This document shows positions 1 to 9,770 of a stretch of DNA of 64,000 nucleotides, piece by piece. The position numbers and the translations under genes were made by a program. Origin of the DNA: Spirochaetia bacterium. GTDB taxonomy: Bacteria; Spirochaetota; Spirochaetia; SZUA-6; Bin103. Location of the stretch: assembly GCA_965198005.1 (NCBI GenBank), contig CBDAOI010000004.1, positions 608,001 to 672,000 of the forward strand, in the 5' to 3' direction. The notes beneath the pieces are model-generated. The model searched no databases and was not told the DNA's origin. It was given only the letters and a program-made list of their open reading frames with translations. The stretch's first letter is position 1; the number at the start of each line of letters is the position of its first letter.

Positions 1-307
1 CGAGGATCTCGCCCGCCTCGAGACGTCGGTGGGGATCGCCCGAATCACGGCGGTGAAGCCCAGGTACAGCTTGGCGGAAATGGTCTCCGTCGGCGCCGAC
101 ATCGCGCGCGGCATGGTGCTGCGCCGCTTCCGCGGCACCCTGGAGGAGCAGCCCCGGACGCGGCCGGCGGCGCCGGCAGAACCGGCGGCCGAGCAGCGCA
201 ACTACCGCGACCTCCCCGGCGCCGAAGCCGCGGCCGAGAGCGCCGCCCGCGACGGCAAGGGCCTGCCCGCCTACCTCAACCGCGAAACCCTCCGGCGCCG
301 CCGGTAA
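1..307 (+). CDS. 3' end of a CDS entering from the left edge; possibly a FlgT/CsgG-type C-terminal beta domain
   Basis: Open frame from position 2 to TAA at 305-307; VGIARITAVKPRYSLAEMV resembles such domains (weak). Confidence 0.45.
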   Translation, partial: EDLARLETSVGIARITAVKPRYSLAEMVSVGADIARGMVLRRFRGTLEEQPRTRPAAPAEPAAEQRNYRDLPGAEAAAESAARDGKGLPAYLNRETLRRRR

Positions 308-508
308 GCCGCACGCCCGAACCGACGGCGCTTACCCGGTGTGCCGGCTGACCGGGGCTGAACGGTTGAACGGCCGGGCGCTGACTGACGCTACACTGCG
401 CGAGAAACTGCGCATCCGGCCGGAACTTTGACCGTCCGCATACCGATAATACGTAGTGACGGCGGTTCCTGAACGGCAAACCCCGCTCGGCGTAACGGAG
501 GCAACGCA

Positions 509-2032
509 ATGTGCAGAACAGGTATCGGTGGTTTTCTACTCTTGGCTGCGAGTGCACTGGTGACTCACACCGGCTGCGTGTCTCCGGCGGCAACCGCGGA
601 GACCGTGGCGGTGCCCACGCCGGAGGAGCGGGTGACCGTCCTCGAGGCTGAGGTGGCGGCCTTGGAAGCGGAGGTGGCCGCGGCGTACGCCGAGGCCGAG
701 GCCGCGCTCGAGGAGTTGGACGCGGCCACGGCTGGCGCGATGTCGGCCGAGGAGATGGCCGCCGCGGCGCAGGAGGAAACCGCGCGCGCGAGCGCCGCCG
801 TGGTCGCCGCCGTGACCGCCGCCAGCGCGGCGCAGGCGGAGGCTGCGCAGGCGGAAGCCGCAGTCGCTGCGGCCGAGACCGCGGCCGCGGAGGCCCGGGC
901 CGAAACCGCGCAGGCGCAGGCTGCGGCCGCCACCGCCGCGGTCGCGCTGGCGGAGTTGCAGCGCAAGCGCACCGAGCACGAGGGCGCGGTGCAGGTCCAG
1001 GACACCGATGGGCACGGCGTCGTGGTGCCGGCCGGCCTGGATCTGAGCCTGCTGAATCTGGACTCCGCCCAGGTATCCCTGGCCGGGCCCAGTTCGTTCT
1101 ACCTCTCGCGCATCGGCTATCGGGGAGGCGAGTTCTCGGCCCGCCTGCGCTACGCCGGAGACAACCGGGCCGCCGTGGAGGCACTGTACGTGACGGGTGC
1201 CGGCGACATTCCGGCGATGGATCTATCGGCTCCCGCGCTCGACGTGGTCGCCTCCGATACGCTGGTCGTTTCCAACATCGGAATCGGTGGCGTGGCGTAC
1301 GCCTTCTCTCTGCGGGTGGGGCGTGACGGGGCGATTGCGTTCACCACGGCGCAGCAAGGACACCGAGTCCGGACAACCGCCGAGTTGCTGCGCGACGAGC
1401 TGATGAATTCATCCGATGCCCGGCGCCTCGTGCGCGGGTTCGGCGGCGGCGTCGCGCTGCCCGGCGAGGGGGTGTGGTCGGTGTCCGGCGCCGGGACGGT
1501 GCGCCAGACCGACACCGACGCGAGTCATGCGAAGTTCGCGTTCAGCGGCGTGGCGCAACCGGCGGTGGCAACCCTCTACGGCGTCGTTGCCCGCGCCGAC
1601 GGCGGTGCGCGCGCGGGTTTCGGACTGCACTTCCTGGCGTCGGAAACGCCGTGGTCCGGCAACACCTGGAACTTTGGACATTCCTACCTGATCTGGATGA
1701 CGCGGGAAAAAGGCTTCTATGGCACCGATGAGACCCAGGCCCAGCTCTACGAGTCGCTCGACGGCAATCGGCTGGTGTGGCGCAAGAGCAGAAGCGTCAC
1801 GCAGTCGTTGTCGTCCCGCGTGACGCTCGAGGCGCTCTACGATCCCAATGACTGCGCACCGACCATGGGCGGCGGACCGTGCCACGGGTCGATCACGGTC
1901 CTGGTGGACGGCATGGAGCAGTTCAAGCTGGCGGTATCGGCCGCGATCGCCGGGCGGGCGGCCGACACGGTAGCGCTGCGGGTCCTCGGTGGGCCGGTGG
2001 AGTTCTCCGACCTGTACGTGTATTCGCGCTGA
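509..2032 (+). CDS. Predicted lipoprotein: Ala/Glu coiled-coil stalk, duplicated beta-rich unit, lectin-like C-terminal domain
   Basis: 507-aa ORF; GGAGG upstream; hydrophobic N-terminus ending in lipobox-like HTGC; long heptad AEVAALEAEV region. Confidence 0.7.
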   Translation: MCRTGIGGFLLLAASALVTHTGCVSPAATAETVAVPTPEERVTVLEAEVAALEAEVAAAYAEAEAALEELDAATAGAMSAEEMAAAAQEETARASAAVVAAVTAASAAQAEAAQAEAAVAAAETAAAEARAETAQAQAAAATAAVALAELQRKRTEHEGAVQVQDTDGHGVVVPAGLDLSLLNLDSAQVSLAGPSSFYLSRIGYRGGEFSARLRYAGDNRAAVEALYVTGAGDIPAMDLSAPALDVVASDTLVVSNIGIGGVAYAFSLRVGRDGAIAFTTAQQGHRVRTTAELLRDELMNSSDARRLVRGFGGGVALPGEGVWSVSGAGTVRQTDTDASHAKFAFSGVAQPAVATLYGVVARADGGARAGFGLHFLASETPWSGNTWNFGHSYLIWMTREKGFYGTDETQAQLYESLDGNRLVWRKSRSVTQSLSSRVTLEALYDPNDCAPTMGGGPCHGSITVLVDGMEQFKLAVSAAIAGRAADTVALRVLGGPVEFSDLYVYSR

Positions 2033-2075
2033 CGTACGCGCCAGGTGGCGGCGGCCGCGGCCTGTGCGGGACGTC

Positions 2076-3398
2076 TCAGGCGGGGACGCCGGTCAGCGAT
2101 CCGTCCTCCGCCGCGTGCGCCACGGTGACCCGGCGCAACTCGCCCGCGGCCGGGGGTACGGCGGCCGGGAACCGGATGCGGAGATAGGACTCGCCGTAGC
2201 CGCTGGCGAGGCCGCCGGCCACATCCTCCACCAGCACCCGCTGGGTGCAGCCGCGCAGCCGTCGCGCCAGCCGGCGGCGGCCGGCGGCGGCCAGCGCCCG
2301 CACCGCGGCGCTGCGCTCTTCCTTGACCGGTTCGGGGACGGCATTGGGCAGACGGGCCGCCCGCGTGCCCGCGCGCGGCGAATAGCGAAAGGTGTGGATG
2401 TGCCCGAACCCCACTTCCCCGCAGACCCGCAGGGTAGCGGCGAAGTCGGCCTCGGTCTCGCCCGGAAAGCCCACCATCACGTCGGTCGAGAAATGGGCGG
2501 GGACGCCGCGCCGCCGCCATACGGCCCGGATGCGGGCCACCAGTGCGAGGTAGCGATCGACGTCGTACTCGCGGCGCATGCGCAGCAGCACCCGGTCGGA
2601 GCCGCTCTGGAGACAGAGGTGAAGGTGGGGGCACAGCCGGGGGTGGGCGGCCAGCTCGACGAACTGATCGTCCAGCGGATCCGGCTCCAGGGAAGAGACG
2701 CGGATGCGGAAGTCGCCCGGCAGGTCCAGCAGCTCCCGGAGCAGGCGGCTGAATCCCCAGCCGCACCAGTCGTACCGGCCGAGGTTGACGCCGGTCAGCA
2801 CCAGTTCGCGGTGACCGTCCCCAAGCAGGCGGCGCGCTTCCTCCAGGATGGCCGGCGCCGGCCGGCTGCGGGCGCGCCCGCGTACCGCCGGGATGATGCA
2901 GAATGTGCAGAAGTTGTCGCAGCCGTCCTGAATCTTGAGGGTCGGGCGGGTGTGCAGCGGCTGCGGTCCGGGACGGTACCCGAACGGGTCTTCCGGCAGC
3001 GCCGCCGGGTCCGCCACCTCACCGGCCAGGCAGGCCTCGACCAGATCGAAGATGGCGGCCTTGCGGGCGTTGTCCACGGCGTAGTCGGCGCCGGGCAGAT
3101 CGCAGCTCACGCCGCCCTGCGCGGTCACGTAACAGCCGGTGGCGACCACCAGCGGCCGGCGCCTCGCCGCCGAGTCGCGGCCGGCGCGGCGCAGTGCGTT
3201 GCGTGACTTGCGGTCGGCCTGACCGGTGACGGTACAGGTGTTGACCACCACCACGTCGGGCGGGTGCCCGCCGTTGCCCGCGGGCACTACCCGATAGCCG
3301 GCGGCCAGGAACCGCGCGGCCAGGGCATCGCTCTCGGCGATGTTCAGTCTGCAGCCGAGAGTGGCAAACGCGATGGTGCGCGGGGTCGCGGTCGGCAT
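2076..3398 (-). CDS. mtaB: Radical-SAM tRNA methylthiotransferase, MtaB-type
   Basis: TLGCRLN, NTCTVT, VATGCY, KIQDGCDNFCTFCIIP (CxxxCxxC), VGFPGETE; start re-placed at ATG 3398. Confidence 0.9.
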   Translation of the reverse strand: MPTATPRTIAFATLGCRLNIAESDALAARFLAAGYRVVPAGNGGHPPDVVVVNTCTVTGQADRKSRNALRRAGRDSAARRRPLVVATGCYVTAQGGVSCDLPGADYAVDNARKAAIFDLVEACLAGEVADPAALPEDPFGYRPGPQPLHTRPTLKIQDGCDNFCTFCIIPAVRGRARSRPAPAILEEARRLLGDGHRELVLTGVNLGRYDWCGWGFSRLLRELLDLPGDFRIRVSSLEPDPLDDQFVELAAHPRLCPHLHLCLQSGSDRVLLRMRREYDVDRYLALVARIRAVWRRRGVPAHFSTDVMVGFPGETEADFAATLRVCGEVGFGHIHTFRYSPRAGTRAARLPNAVPEPVKEERSAAVRALAAAGRRRLARRLRGCTQRVLVEDVAGGLASGYGESYLRIRFPAAVPPAAGELRRVTVAHAAEDGSLTGVPA

Positions 3399-3442
3399 TG
3401 GTGCGCGTGCCGGCGGCCGGTGCAGGCGCTCGGACGAACCGG

Positions 3443-4699
3443 TCAGGCGCTGCGGCGCGGCACGGCCGCGGCCGCCGCCGTGGCCGGCTCCTGCACGTAG
3501 CCGCGAAAGAAGTGGTCCAACTTCTGCGCCACCGCGGCGATCTCGTCGACGCGCGGCAGGAACACGACGCGGAAGTGGTCGGGCCGGTGCCATCCAAACG
3601 CCGTGCCGTGCACCAGCAGTACCTTCTCGGCCATCAGCAGGTCCAGAATCAGGCGTTCGTCGTCGACCACGCCGAACCGCTCGGCGTCCAGCTTCGGGAA
3701 CAGATAGAACGCCCCCTGCGGCCTGGTGCAGGTGATTCCGGGAATGGCGGTCAGCGCCTCGTAGAACGCGTCGCGCTGCACGGTCAGACGGCCGCGCGGC
3801 GCGGTGAGCTGATTGATGCTCTGGAAACCGCCGAGCGAGGTCTGGATCGCGAGCTGGCCGGGTACGTTGGAGCTCAGCCGCATCGCCGCCAGAATCCCGA
3901 GGCCCTCGATATAGTCGCGCGCCGCGTGCTTGGCGCCGCTCAGCAGCATCCAGCCGGAGCGGTATCCGGGCACCCGGTAGGTCTTCGACAGCCCGTTGAA
4001 GGTGGCGATCAGCAGGTCGTCGGCGAGCGTTGCCAGCGGCGTGTGGGTCACCCCGTCGTAGATGATCTTGTCGTAGATTTCGTCGGCGAACAGCACCAGC
4101 CGATGTTCGCGCGCCACGGCGACGATCCGTTCGAGGCATTCCCGTGGATACACCGCACCGGTGGGGTTGTTGGGGTTGATCACCACGACGGCGCGCGTGC
4201 GGTCGCTGACCTTGCTGGAGAGATCGGCCAGGTCGGGCGCCCAGTCCGACTCCTCGTCGCACAGATAGTGCACCGCGCGGCCGCCCGCGAGGTTGACCGC
4301 GGCGGTCCACAACGGGTAATCGGGGGCCGGGATCAACACTTCGTCGCCGTCGTTCAGCAGCCCCTGCATCGCCATCACGATCAGCTCGCTGACTCCGTTG
4401 CCGAGAAAGATGTCGTCGATCTCGACCCGCGGCACGCCGAGCGCCTGGTAGTGCTGCATCACCGCCTTGCGCGCCGAGAACAGCCCCTGCGCCTCACTGT
4501 AGCCCTGCCCGTGCGGGAGGTTGACGATCACGTCATGGACGATCTCGTCCGGGGGCGCGAACCCCCACGGCGCGGGGTCGCCGATGTTGAGCTTGGCGAC
4601 CCGGTAGCCTTCCTCTTCCAGGCGCCGGGCGGCGGCCAGCACCGGTCCGCGGATGTCGTAGCATACGTCCCTGAGCTTGTCCGACTTCGTGATCTGCAT
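3443..4699 (-). CDS. alaA: PLP-dependent alanine aminotransferase, AlaA-type
   Basis: KSDKLRDVCYDIRGPV, KLNIGDP, GNGVSELI, INPNNPTG, DEIYDK, GLSKTYRVPGYRSGW. Confidence 0.9.
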   Translation of the reverse strand: MQITKSDKLRDVCYDIRGPVLAAARRLEEEGYRVAKLNIGDPAPWGFAPPDEIVHDVIVNLPHGQGYSEAQGLFSARKAVMQHYQALGVPRVEIDDIFLGNGVSELIVMAMQGLLNDGDEVLIPAPDYPLWTAAVNLAGGRAVHYLCDEESDWAPDLADLSSKVSDRTRAVVVINPNNPTGAVYPRECLERIVAVAREHRLVLFADEIYDKIIYDGVTHTPLATLADDLLIATFNGLSKTYRVPGYRSGWMLLSGAKHAARDYIEGLGILAAMRLSSNVPGQLAIQTSLGGFQSINQLTAPRGRLTVQRDAFYEALTAIPGITCTRPQGAFYLFPKLDAERFGVVDDERLILDLLMAEKVLLVHGTAFGWHRPDHFRVVFLPRVDEIAAVAQKLDHFFRGYVQEPATAAAAAVPRRSA

Positions 4700-4864
4700 G
4701 ACTTGAGACCACATAGTAACGCTTCACACGCCGCTACGGCTACGGTTTACGCGTGCCGAGCGCGTGTGGCGCGCCCGCGCCTTGGCCGTGCGCTGCCGTG
4801 TTGGCCGTGCCGTGCTGCGGCGGCGGTTGCCGCGCGCGCGCGAAAACCCTACCCTGGAGGCGGC

Positions 4865-6241
4865 ATGCGGCGGCTGCGTCTTGTTGGCCATCCGACCAGC
4901 CGGCTCCGCCTGAGCGCGACCGGTTGGCGAGCGACCGGTGTGCGGTTGCTGTTGTTCGGCGCCAGTTGCGCGGCGCTGTTGTCCGTGGCAGGGTGCGATG
5001 GCCTCGGCCCGCTGATCGAGCCGGCGGCCGACGACCACGGCGATACGCGTGCCTCCGCCACCGCGGTCGACCCCGACGCCGCAGCCACCTCCGGCGCCGC
5101 GCTCCGGGGCAGCCTCGAGTCCTCCACCGACGTCGATTACTTCAGTCTCGAAGTACCCGCAGCCGGCACCCTGGTGGCCTGGACCACGGGCGACACCAGG
5201 ACCGCCGGCCAGGTCCTGGACGGTTCCGGGACCGCGCTTCGGGTCGCTGACGAGGGTGCATCGGACGGCAACTTCCGGGTGCTGGCCGAAGTAGGCGCCG
5301 GCGTCCACTACATCCGCGTCGGCGGCCGGATGGAGAGCACGGGCAGGTACCTGCTGCATGTCCGGTACTATCGTGACTCCGACTTCAACATCGAATTGCG
5401 CTACCTGGGACCGACGCCGGACCCGGCGCGACAGCAGGCGGTCGAGGAAGCGGCCGTGTTCTGGATGAGCGCCCTGGTGCGCGACCTGCCGAACGTGGAG
5501 GTCAGAGCCGCCGTGAGGTGCACGGGAGACGCCCCGCTGCTCGCGGCGGGGACCGAAATCGACGACGTGGTGATCTTCATCGAGTGGGCTGATGACCTGG
5601 ACGGTCCGGGAGGAACCGTGGCGCAGGCCGGCGTCTGCCAGGTTCGCGAGGCCGGCAACCTGCCCACGGTCGCGATCATCAGTCTCGACACGCAGGATAC
5701 GGACGAAATGGAGCATCACGAGTTTCGCGCCGTGGTGCTGCACGAGATGGCGCACGCGCTGGGGTTCGGGGTGATCTGGCGGGGGCTGGGATTTCTGGAA
5801 GAGCCGTCCATCACGGGTCCAAAGCCGGTAGCGGGGAAGGATACTCATTTCGATGGACCCAACGCGGTTGTCGAGTTCGATCGGGTGGGGGGCGACCGGT
5901 ACGACGGCAGGCGCGTGCCGGTGGAGAACGATACCGCGCGGTACGGCCGGGGAGCGCTGGACAAGCACTGGCGGGAGTCGGTGTTCGGATCCGAGATGAT
6001 GACTCCCACGCTGGAGATCGGCGGCCACAACCCGGTCAGCCGGGTGACCATCGCGTCGTTCGAGGATCTGGGCTACGAAGTGGACTACGCCGTCGCGGAC
6101 CGGTTCACGTTGCCGGGGGGAGCCGCGGGCGCTCTGGGAGACCCGCCAGCCACCCTGGACCTGGGGGACGACGTCTGGCGCGGGCCGGTGCAGGTGGTGG
6201 ATGCCGCCGGCAACGTGGTCGGCGTGATCGAACCGGAGTGA
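4865..6241 (+). CDS. Lipoprotein zinc metalloprotease, leishmanolysin (M8)-like, with PPC-like domain
   Basis: GGAGG-N5-ATG; lipobox VAGC; DDHGDT/DVDYFS PPC-like segment; HEMAHALGF; HWRESVFGSEMMTP (third His and Met-turn). Confidence 0.8.
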   Translation: MRRLRLVGHPTSRLRLSATGWRATGVRLLLFGASCAALLSVAGCDGLGPLIEPAADDHGDTRASATAVDPDAAATSGAALRGSLESSTDVDYFSLEVPAAGTLVAWTTGDTRTAGQVLDGSGTALRVADEGASDGNFRVLAEVGAGVHYIRVGGRMESTGRYLLHVRYYRDSDFNIELRYLGPTPDPARQQAVEEAAVFWMSALVRDLPNVEVRAAVRCTGDAPLLAAGTEIDDVVIFIEWADDLDGPGGTVAQAGVCQVREAGNLPTVAIISLDTQDTDEMEHHEFRAVVLHEMAHALGFGVIWRGLGFLEEPSITGPKPVAGKDTHFDGPNAVVEFDRVGGDRYDGRRVPVENDTARYGRGALDKHWRESVFGSEMMTPTLEIGGHNPVSRVTIASFEDLGYEVDYAVADRFTLPGGAAGALGDPPATLDLGDDVWRGPVQVVDAAGNVVGVIEPE

Positions 6242-6253
6242 GGCGGGCGCCGG

Positions 6254-6742
6254 TCAGGGAACGGGGTGCTGCGTTCGCGCCGGCCGGCAGTCGGACGACG
6301 GGCAGGCAGCCGCCTCGTAGCGCGCGGTGGCGGGCGCGTCGAAGCCCAGGACCACGCCGGCGGGCAGCCGCCGGCCGCACCAGCGGCACTTCAGGGGGAA
6401 CACACCGAGCCGGCGGCGCAGGGCGAAGGCGGCGCCGGCGGCGGCCAGCAGCATCGGGACGCCGGTCCACTCGGGGGCGTGAAACCGCCGCCCGAGCAGC
6501 ACCGCGCACCACAGCGCCAGCACGATGCCGGCGGCGATCAGCGACGCCGCGCGCCGGGCGTGGCCCGCGGCCGCCGGCACGGGCGGCGGCGCGCCCGGCG
6601 GCGCGGGGTCCGGCTGCCGGGGTTCCTCCGCTGCCGGCGCACCGGGGTGGCCGCCGGCGCGCGTCAGCCCGCGCTGCACCAGGTTGACGATCAGCAAGGC
6701 TACCAGCAGCACCGGCACCACCCGCCCGAGCAGGGTCAGCAT
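6254..6742 (-). CDS. Hypothetical membrane protein with CxxC motif
   Basis: 162-aa ORF, three hydrophobic segments, CRWCG; starts just after the glycosyltransferase stop. Confidence 0.6.
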   Translation of the reverse strand: MLTLLGRVVPVLLVALLIVNLVQRGLTRAGGHPGAPAAEEPRQPDPAPPGAPPPVPAAAGHARRAASLIAAGIVLALWCAVLLGRRFHAPEWTGVPMLLAAAGAAFALRRRLGVFPLKCRWCGRRLPAGVVLGFDAPATARYEAAACPSSDCRPARTQHPVP

Positions 6743-6749
6743 GCGCCGA

Positions 6750-8279
6750 TCAGCTTTCCATCAGGAGGCGCATGGCCGGCGGCGTGGTGAACCGCTCCTC
6801 CACCGTCTCGGCGTGCGCCGCGCCGGTTGCTCCGGCGCCGCCGCCGGTGGCCAGCAACGGCCGCAGCAGCTCGGCGGCGCGGGCGGCGAACGCCGCCGGG
6901 CCGAGGGCGGCGTCGATCGCCGCGCTCCGGTCGGGGGGCGCGCGTTCCAGGCCGCGCACCGCGGCCAGCAGGCCGGCGTTCAGTTCTTCGAGCACCGCCC
7001 GGTAGCCGGGGTCGTCGAGGCGCTGCAGCAGGTCGGTCTGCTGGGCGAGGTCCAGGAACGAAAAGTCGGCGGTGTCGCCGCCGATGATCGACTGCAGCTC
7101 CGCGTGCAGCCGCTCCAGCCGGGCGGGAGGCAGGATCCGCCGCGCGCGTTCCAGGGCCGGCCGATACGCGGCGCTCAGTGCCGCGCGCTGATCGGCCGCC
7201 AGCGGACAGCGGACGGAGTCGTACACCGCGGCCGGGTACCCCGCGAGCAGCTCGGAGAGATCGGCCAGCACCGGCAGCCGCCGCGCCAGCAGCGGCCGGC
7301 GCCACTGCAGGGTGTTGACGAACTGAAAGCCGAATCCCTCCTCCACGGACGACGACACGATCAGGTCGGCGGCGGCTACCAGCTCCTCGAAGCCGAGACC
7401 GTGGGCGTCGAGGTGGGCGCCCACGCCGAACCGGCCCGGGATCGCGCCGTGCGCGAACAGCGCCTCGACCTGACGGGAGTAGGGCGTTTCCGCGGCCGAC
7501 GACGCCGGCAGCGTCACCACCAGATTGGCCTGGCAGAGCCGCGCCAGCAGGCCCGCCTCGAGCACGTTCTTGCGCCGCCGGACGCGCACCGGATACAGCC
7601 ACAGCGGCTGCCCGCGGGTCAGCGTGCCGCGGCCGAACGGGGCGGCGCGCGCGGCCGCGGCACGTTCCACGGCGGCGCGTGCCGCGGCCGCCGGCGCGGA
7701 TGCCGGCAGCGGCGGCGGCGCCACCGGCCGCACCGGGTTGGCCAGCAACGTGACCTGCTGCCGCGGCACGCCGGCGGCGTGCAGCACGGCCAGGTCGCGC
7801 CGGTTCAGCACCGCGTAGCGCACGTGAGGCCCGAGCGGGTAGGGGGAGTCCGCCACCTCGCGCCGCAGCCGGCGCAGGTTGGCGGGCCGCCCGCACTCCG
7901 GGAAGTCATGGATCTGCAGCACCAGCGGCTGGCCGCGCGCGGCCGCCTGCAGCACGGCGCCGGTGAACGCCGGGTTCTTGCCCAGGTGGTGATTGTGAAT
8001 CCACCAGACCCCGTCGCCGTAGCGCCGCAGCAGCAGCTCGCACAGGCGCCGGGTCGCGGCGGGGGTCGCCGGCGCGTCGTCGTAGCCCAGCGCATCCAGC
8101 CGTTCACGCGCAATCTCCGGCGGGAAGGCCGGGGCGTCGCCGGCGGCCACCACCACCAGCCGCCGGAGCTCGGGAAGCCGGTCGGGATGTTGGCTCAGCG
8201 CGCGCACCCCGTCGCGCATGACCGTGGTCACCCCGCCGGGCAGCAGGTGGTAATGGAAGACGTAGACCGTATCTCTCAG
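6750..8279 (-). CDS. GT-B fold (GT4-like) glycosyltransferase; probable CTG start
   Basis: VYVFHYHLLPGGVTTV lies upstream of the called GTG; WIHNHHLGKN, YPVRVRRRKNVLE, SSVEEGFGFQF; in-frame CTG at 8279 overlaps the upstream TGA. Confidence 0.8.
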   Translation of the reverse strand: MRDTVYVFHYHLLPGGVTTVMRDGVRALSQHPDRLPELRRLVVVAAGDAPAFPPEIARERLDALGYDDAPATPAATRRLCELLLRRYGDGVWWIHNHHLGKNPAFTGAVLQAAARGQPLVLQIHDFPECGRPANLRRLRREVADSPYPLGPHVRYAVLNRRDLAVLHAAGVPRQQVTLLANPVRPVAPPPLPASAPAAAARAAVERAAAARAAPFGRGTLTRGQPLWLYPVRVRRRKNVLEAGLLARLCQANLVVTLPASSAAETPYSRQVEALFAHGAIPGRFGVGAHLDAHGLGFEELVAAADLIVSSSVEEGFGFQFVNTLQWRRPLLARRLPVLADLSELLAGYPAAVYDSVRCPLAADQRAALSAAYRPALERARRILPPARLERLHAELQSIIGGDTADFSFLDLAQQTDLLQRLDDPGYRAVLEELNAGLLAAVRGLERAPPDRSAAIDAALGPAAFAARAAELLRPLLATGGGAGATGAAHAETVEERFTTPPAMRLLMES

Positions 8280-9010
8280 ACCGGGTACACGTCCATCTGC
8301 GACAGGTCGATCGTGCTGCCCAGCAGCAGCGTCACGAAGCCGCCGTCCGCAATCGCCTCCCCGTGCAGGTCCAGTCCGCCCTCCTCAAGCACCAGCAGCA
8401 GCGGATTGCTGGCCGGCTGCCGCGTGCGGTACTCCATGATCAGGGCCGGCACCCGCCGGCCGGCGCGCGCATCGTGGTGCTCGCCGTACAGCGGGCCGGA
8501 ACCCACCGCCTCGAACGTGAACTCGCGCTCTTCGTCGCCGTCCCGGATCGGCGGCACGTGCGGGTAGCGGGCGAACTCCAGCTCGTACGGTACGTAGGAA
8601 TCGGGATTGGCCGGCTCCATGAACAGCCACTCGTTGCCCTGGGCGAGCACCGCGGCGCGCGTGCCCGGCTCGAATCCGTCGGGCCGGTAGTAGACCCGCA
8701 GCTCGACCGGCGCGGTGGCGGCGGCCGCGCATACCGCAATCAGCACGTAGGTGGTCTCGCCCGCGGCGAGATCGAACGTCACGTACTCGGCCACCACCCC
8801 GCCGCCGGCGTCGTGGAAGGTGTAGTGGCGCTTGCCGGTCACGGCGTAGTTCAGCCCGTCGCCGCCGCCGGTGAGCTCGGCTTCTTCCAGCGCCTGGAAG
8901 TCGCGCAGCGCAATGGAGCTGCCCTCCGGCAGGCGGCGCCAGAACTCCGGCTCCGCGGGGGAGTGAATGGGAGCGGGCTCCCGGCGCCGCCGGCGCCGGC
9001 TGAACAACAT
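8276..9010 (-). CDS. YjfK/DUF2491- or DUF4178-like protein
   Basis: 244 aa; C-terminus MEYRT...LLLVLEE...LLLGSTIDLSQMDVY resembles YjfK-type C-termini; DUF350 gene in same operon. Confidence 0.6.
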   Translation of the reverse strand: MLFSRRRRRREPAPIHSPAEPEFWRRLPEGSSIALRDFQALEEAELTGGGDGLNYAVTGKRHYTFHDAGGGVVAEYVTFDLAAGETTYVLIAVCAAAATAPVELRVYYRPDGFEPGTRAAVLAQGNEWLFMEPANPDSYVPYELEFARYPHVPPIRDGDEEREFTFEAVGSGPLYGEHHDARAGRRVPALIMEYRTRQPASNPLLLVLEEGGLDLHGEAIADGGFVTLLLGSTIDLSQMDVYPV

Positions 9011-9035
9011 CGCGGCTCGGGGGTGCCCTGCGCGG

Positions 9036-9770
9036 TCAGTCGTAGTAGCGCGACTTGGAGCGCATGACGAAGAAGATGGCGAAGATGATCCCGATCATCA
9101 TCAGCCCGGTCCAGAAGCCCGAGGTCCGGCCGCCGTAGTAGGCGCCCGGCGCCGGCCCGTAGTAGTAGCCCTGCCGCGACATCAGCAGCCCGAGCATGGC
9201 CGCGTCGGTCATGGCGCTGTACAGCACCCAGGTGCCCAGGCTCGGGTGGAGGTAGCCGTAACCGCCGAGCCCGGCGTTGTAGGCGACGTTGACGTTGCGG
9301 CCGTCGACCCGCGTGGACTGGGGAACGTGCCCCGGCCGGGTCGCGGGTTGGCTGGCGTAGCGCGACGGGAACTGGCTGGAATTGCGACTGACGAACGTCT
9401 GCTCCGCCTGCTGCCGGGTCCGGTAGGTGGTGCCGTTGGCGCGCGCCCGCTGATACTGGGCGTTGCTGACGCCGCGGGTGTTGGCGCGCGCCGTGCCGGC
9501 GCGCGACCCCGAGAGCGCGCTGCGGGTGCTGTTCGTGCGCACCCGGTTGCTGCCCCAGGCGCGGGTTCCCACCGTGCTGCGGGTGGAGAAGCTGCGCGAC
9601 GAGAAGCTGCGGCCGAACGAGGCGCCGCCGAAGCCGCCGCCGCGCCGCGCGAGCGCGTCTTCCGCCACCAGCAGCAGCGCTGCCGCCAGGGCCACCACCG
9701 CCCAGATCCGCCGCCGTGCGAACGGCACCCGGCGCCGCGCCGGCCGCGGCGCGGCCTGTGGCCCGGTCAC
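9036..9770 (-). CDS. Exported/membrane protein with Gly/Ser/Arg-rich low-complexity region
   Basis: Signal peptide ending ALA, then RRGGGFGGASFGRSFSSRSFSTRS; C-terminal TM helix; GTGA overlap with DUF350 gene. Confidence 0.7.
   Translation of the reverse strand: MTGPQAAPRPARRRVPFARRRIWAVVALAAALLLVAEDALARRGGGFGGASFGRSFSSRSFSTRSTVGTRAWGSNRVRTNSTRSALSGSRAGTARANTRGVSNAQYQRARANGTTYRTRQQAEQTFVSRNSSQFPSRYASQPATRPGHVPQSTRVDGRNVNVAYNAGLGGYGYLHPSLGTWVLYSAMTDAAMLGLLMSRQGYYYGPAPGAYYGGRTSGFWTGLMMIGIIFAIFFVMRSKSRYYD

Noticed and set aside
470-540. GGCAAACC...ACGCAA resembling a c-di-GMP-I riboswitch
   Set aside because: No clear GNRA-capped stem or second hairpin, and it overlaps the SD and start codon; needs an Rfam covariance search
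3398-4864. N-terminal extension of the 947-aa ORF, and of the 744-aa mtaB ORF
   Set aside because: Both overlap alaA; better-supported starts are at 4865 and 3398
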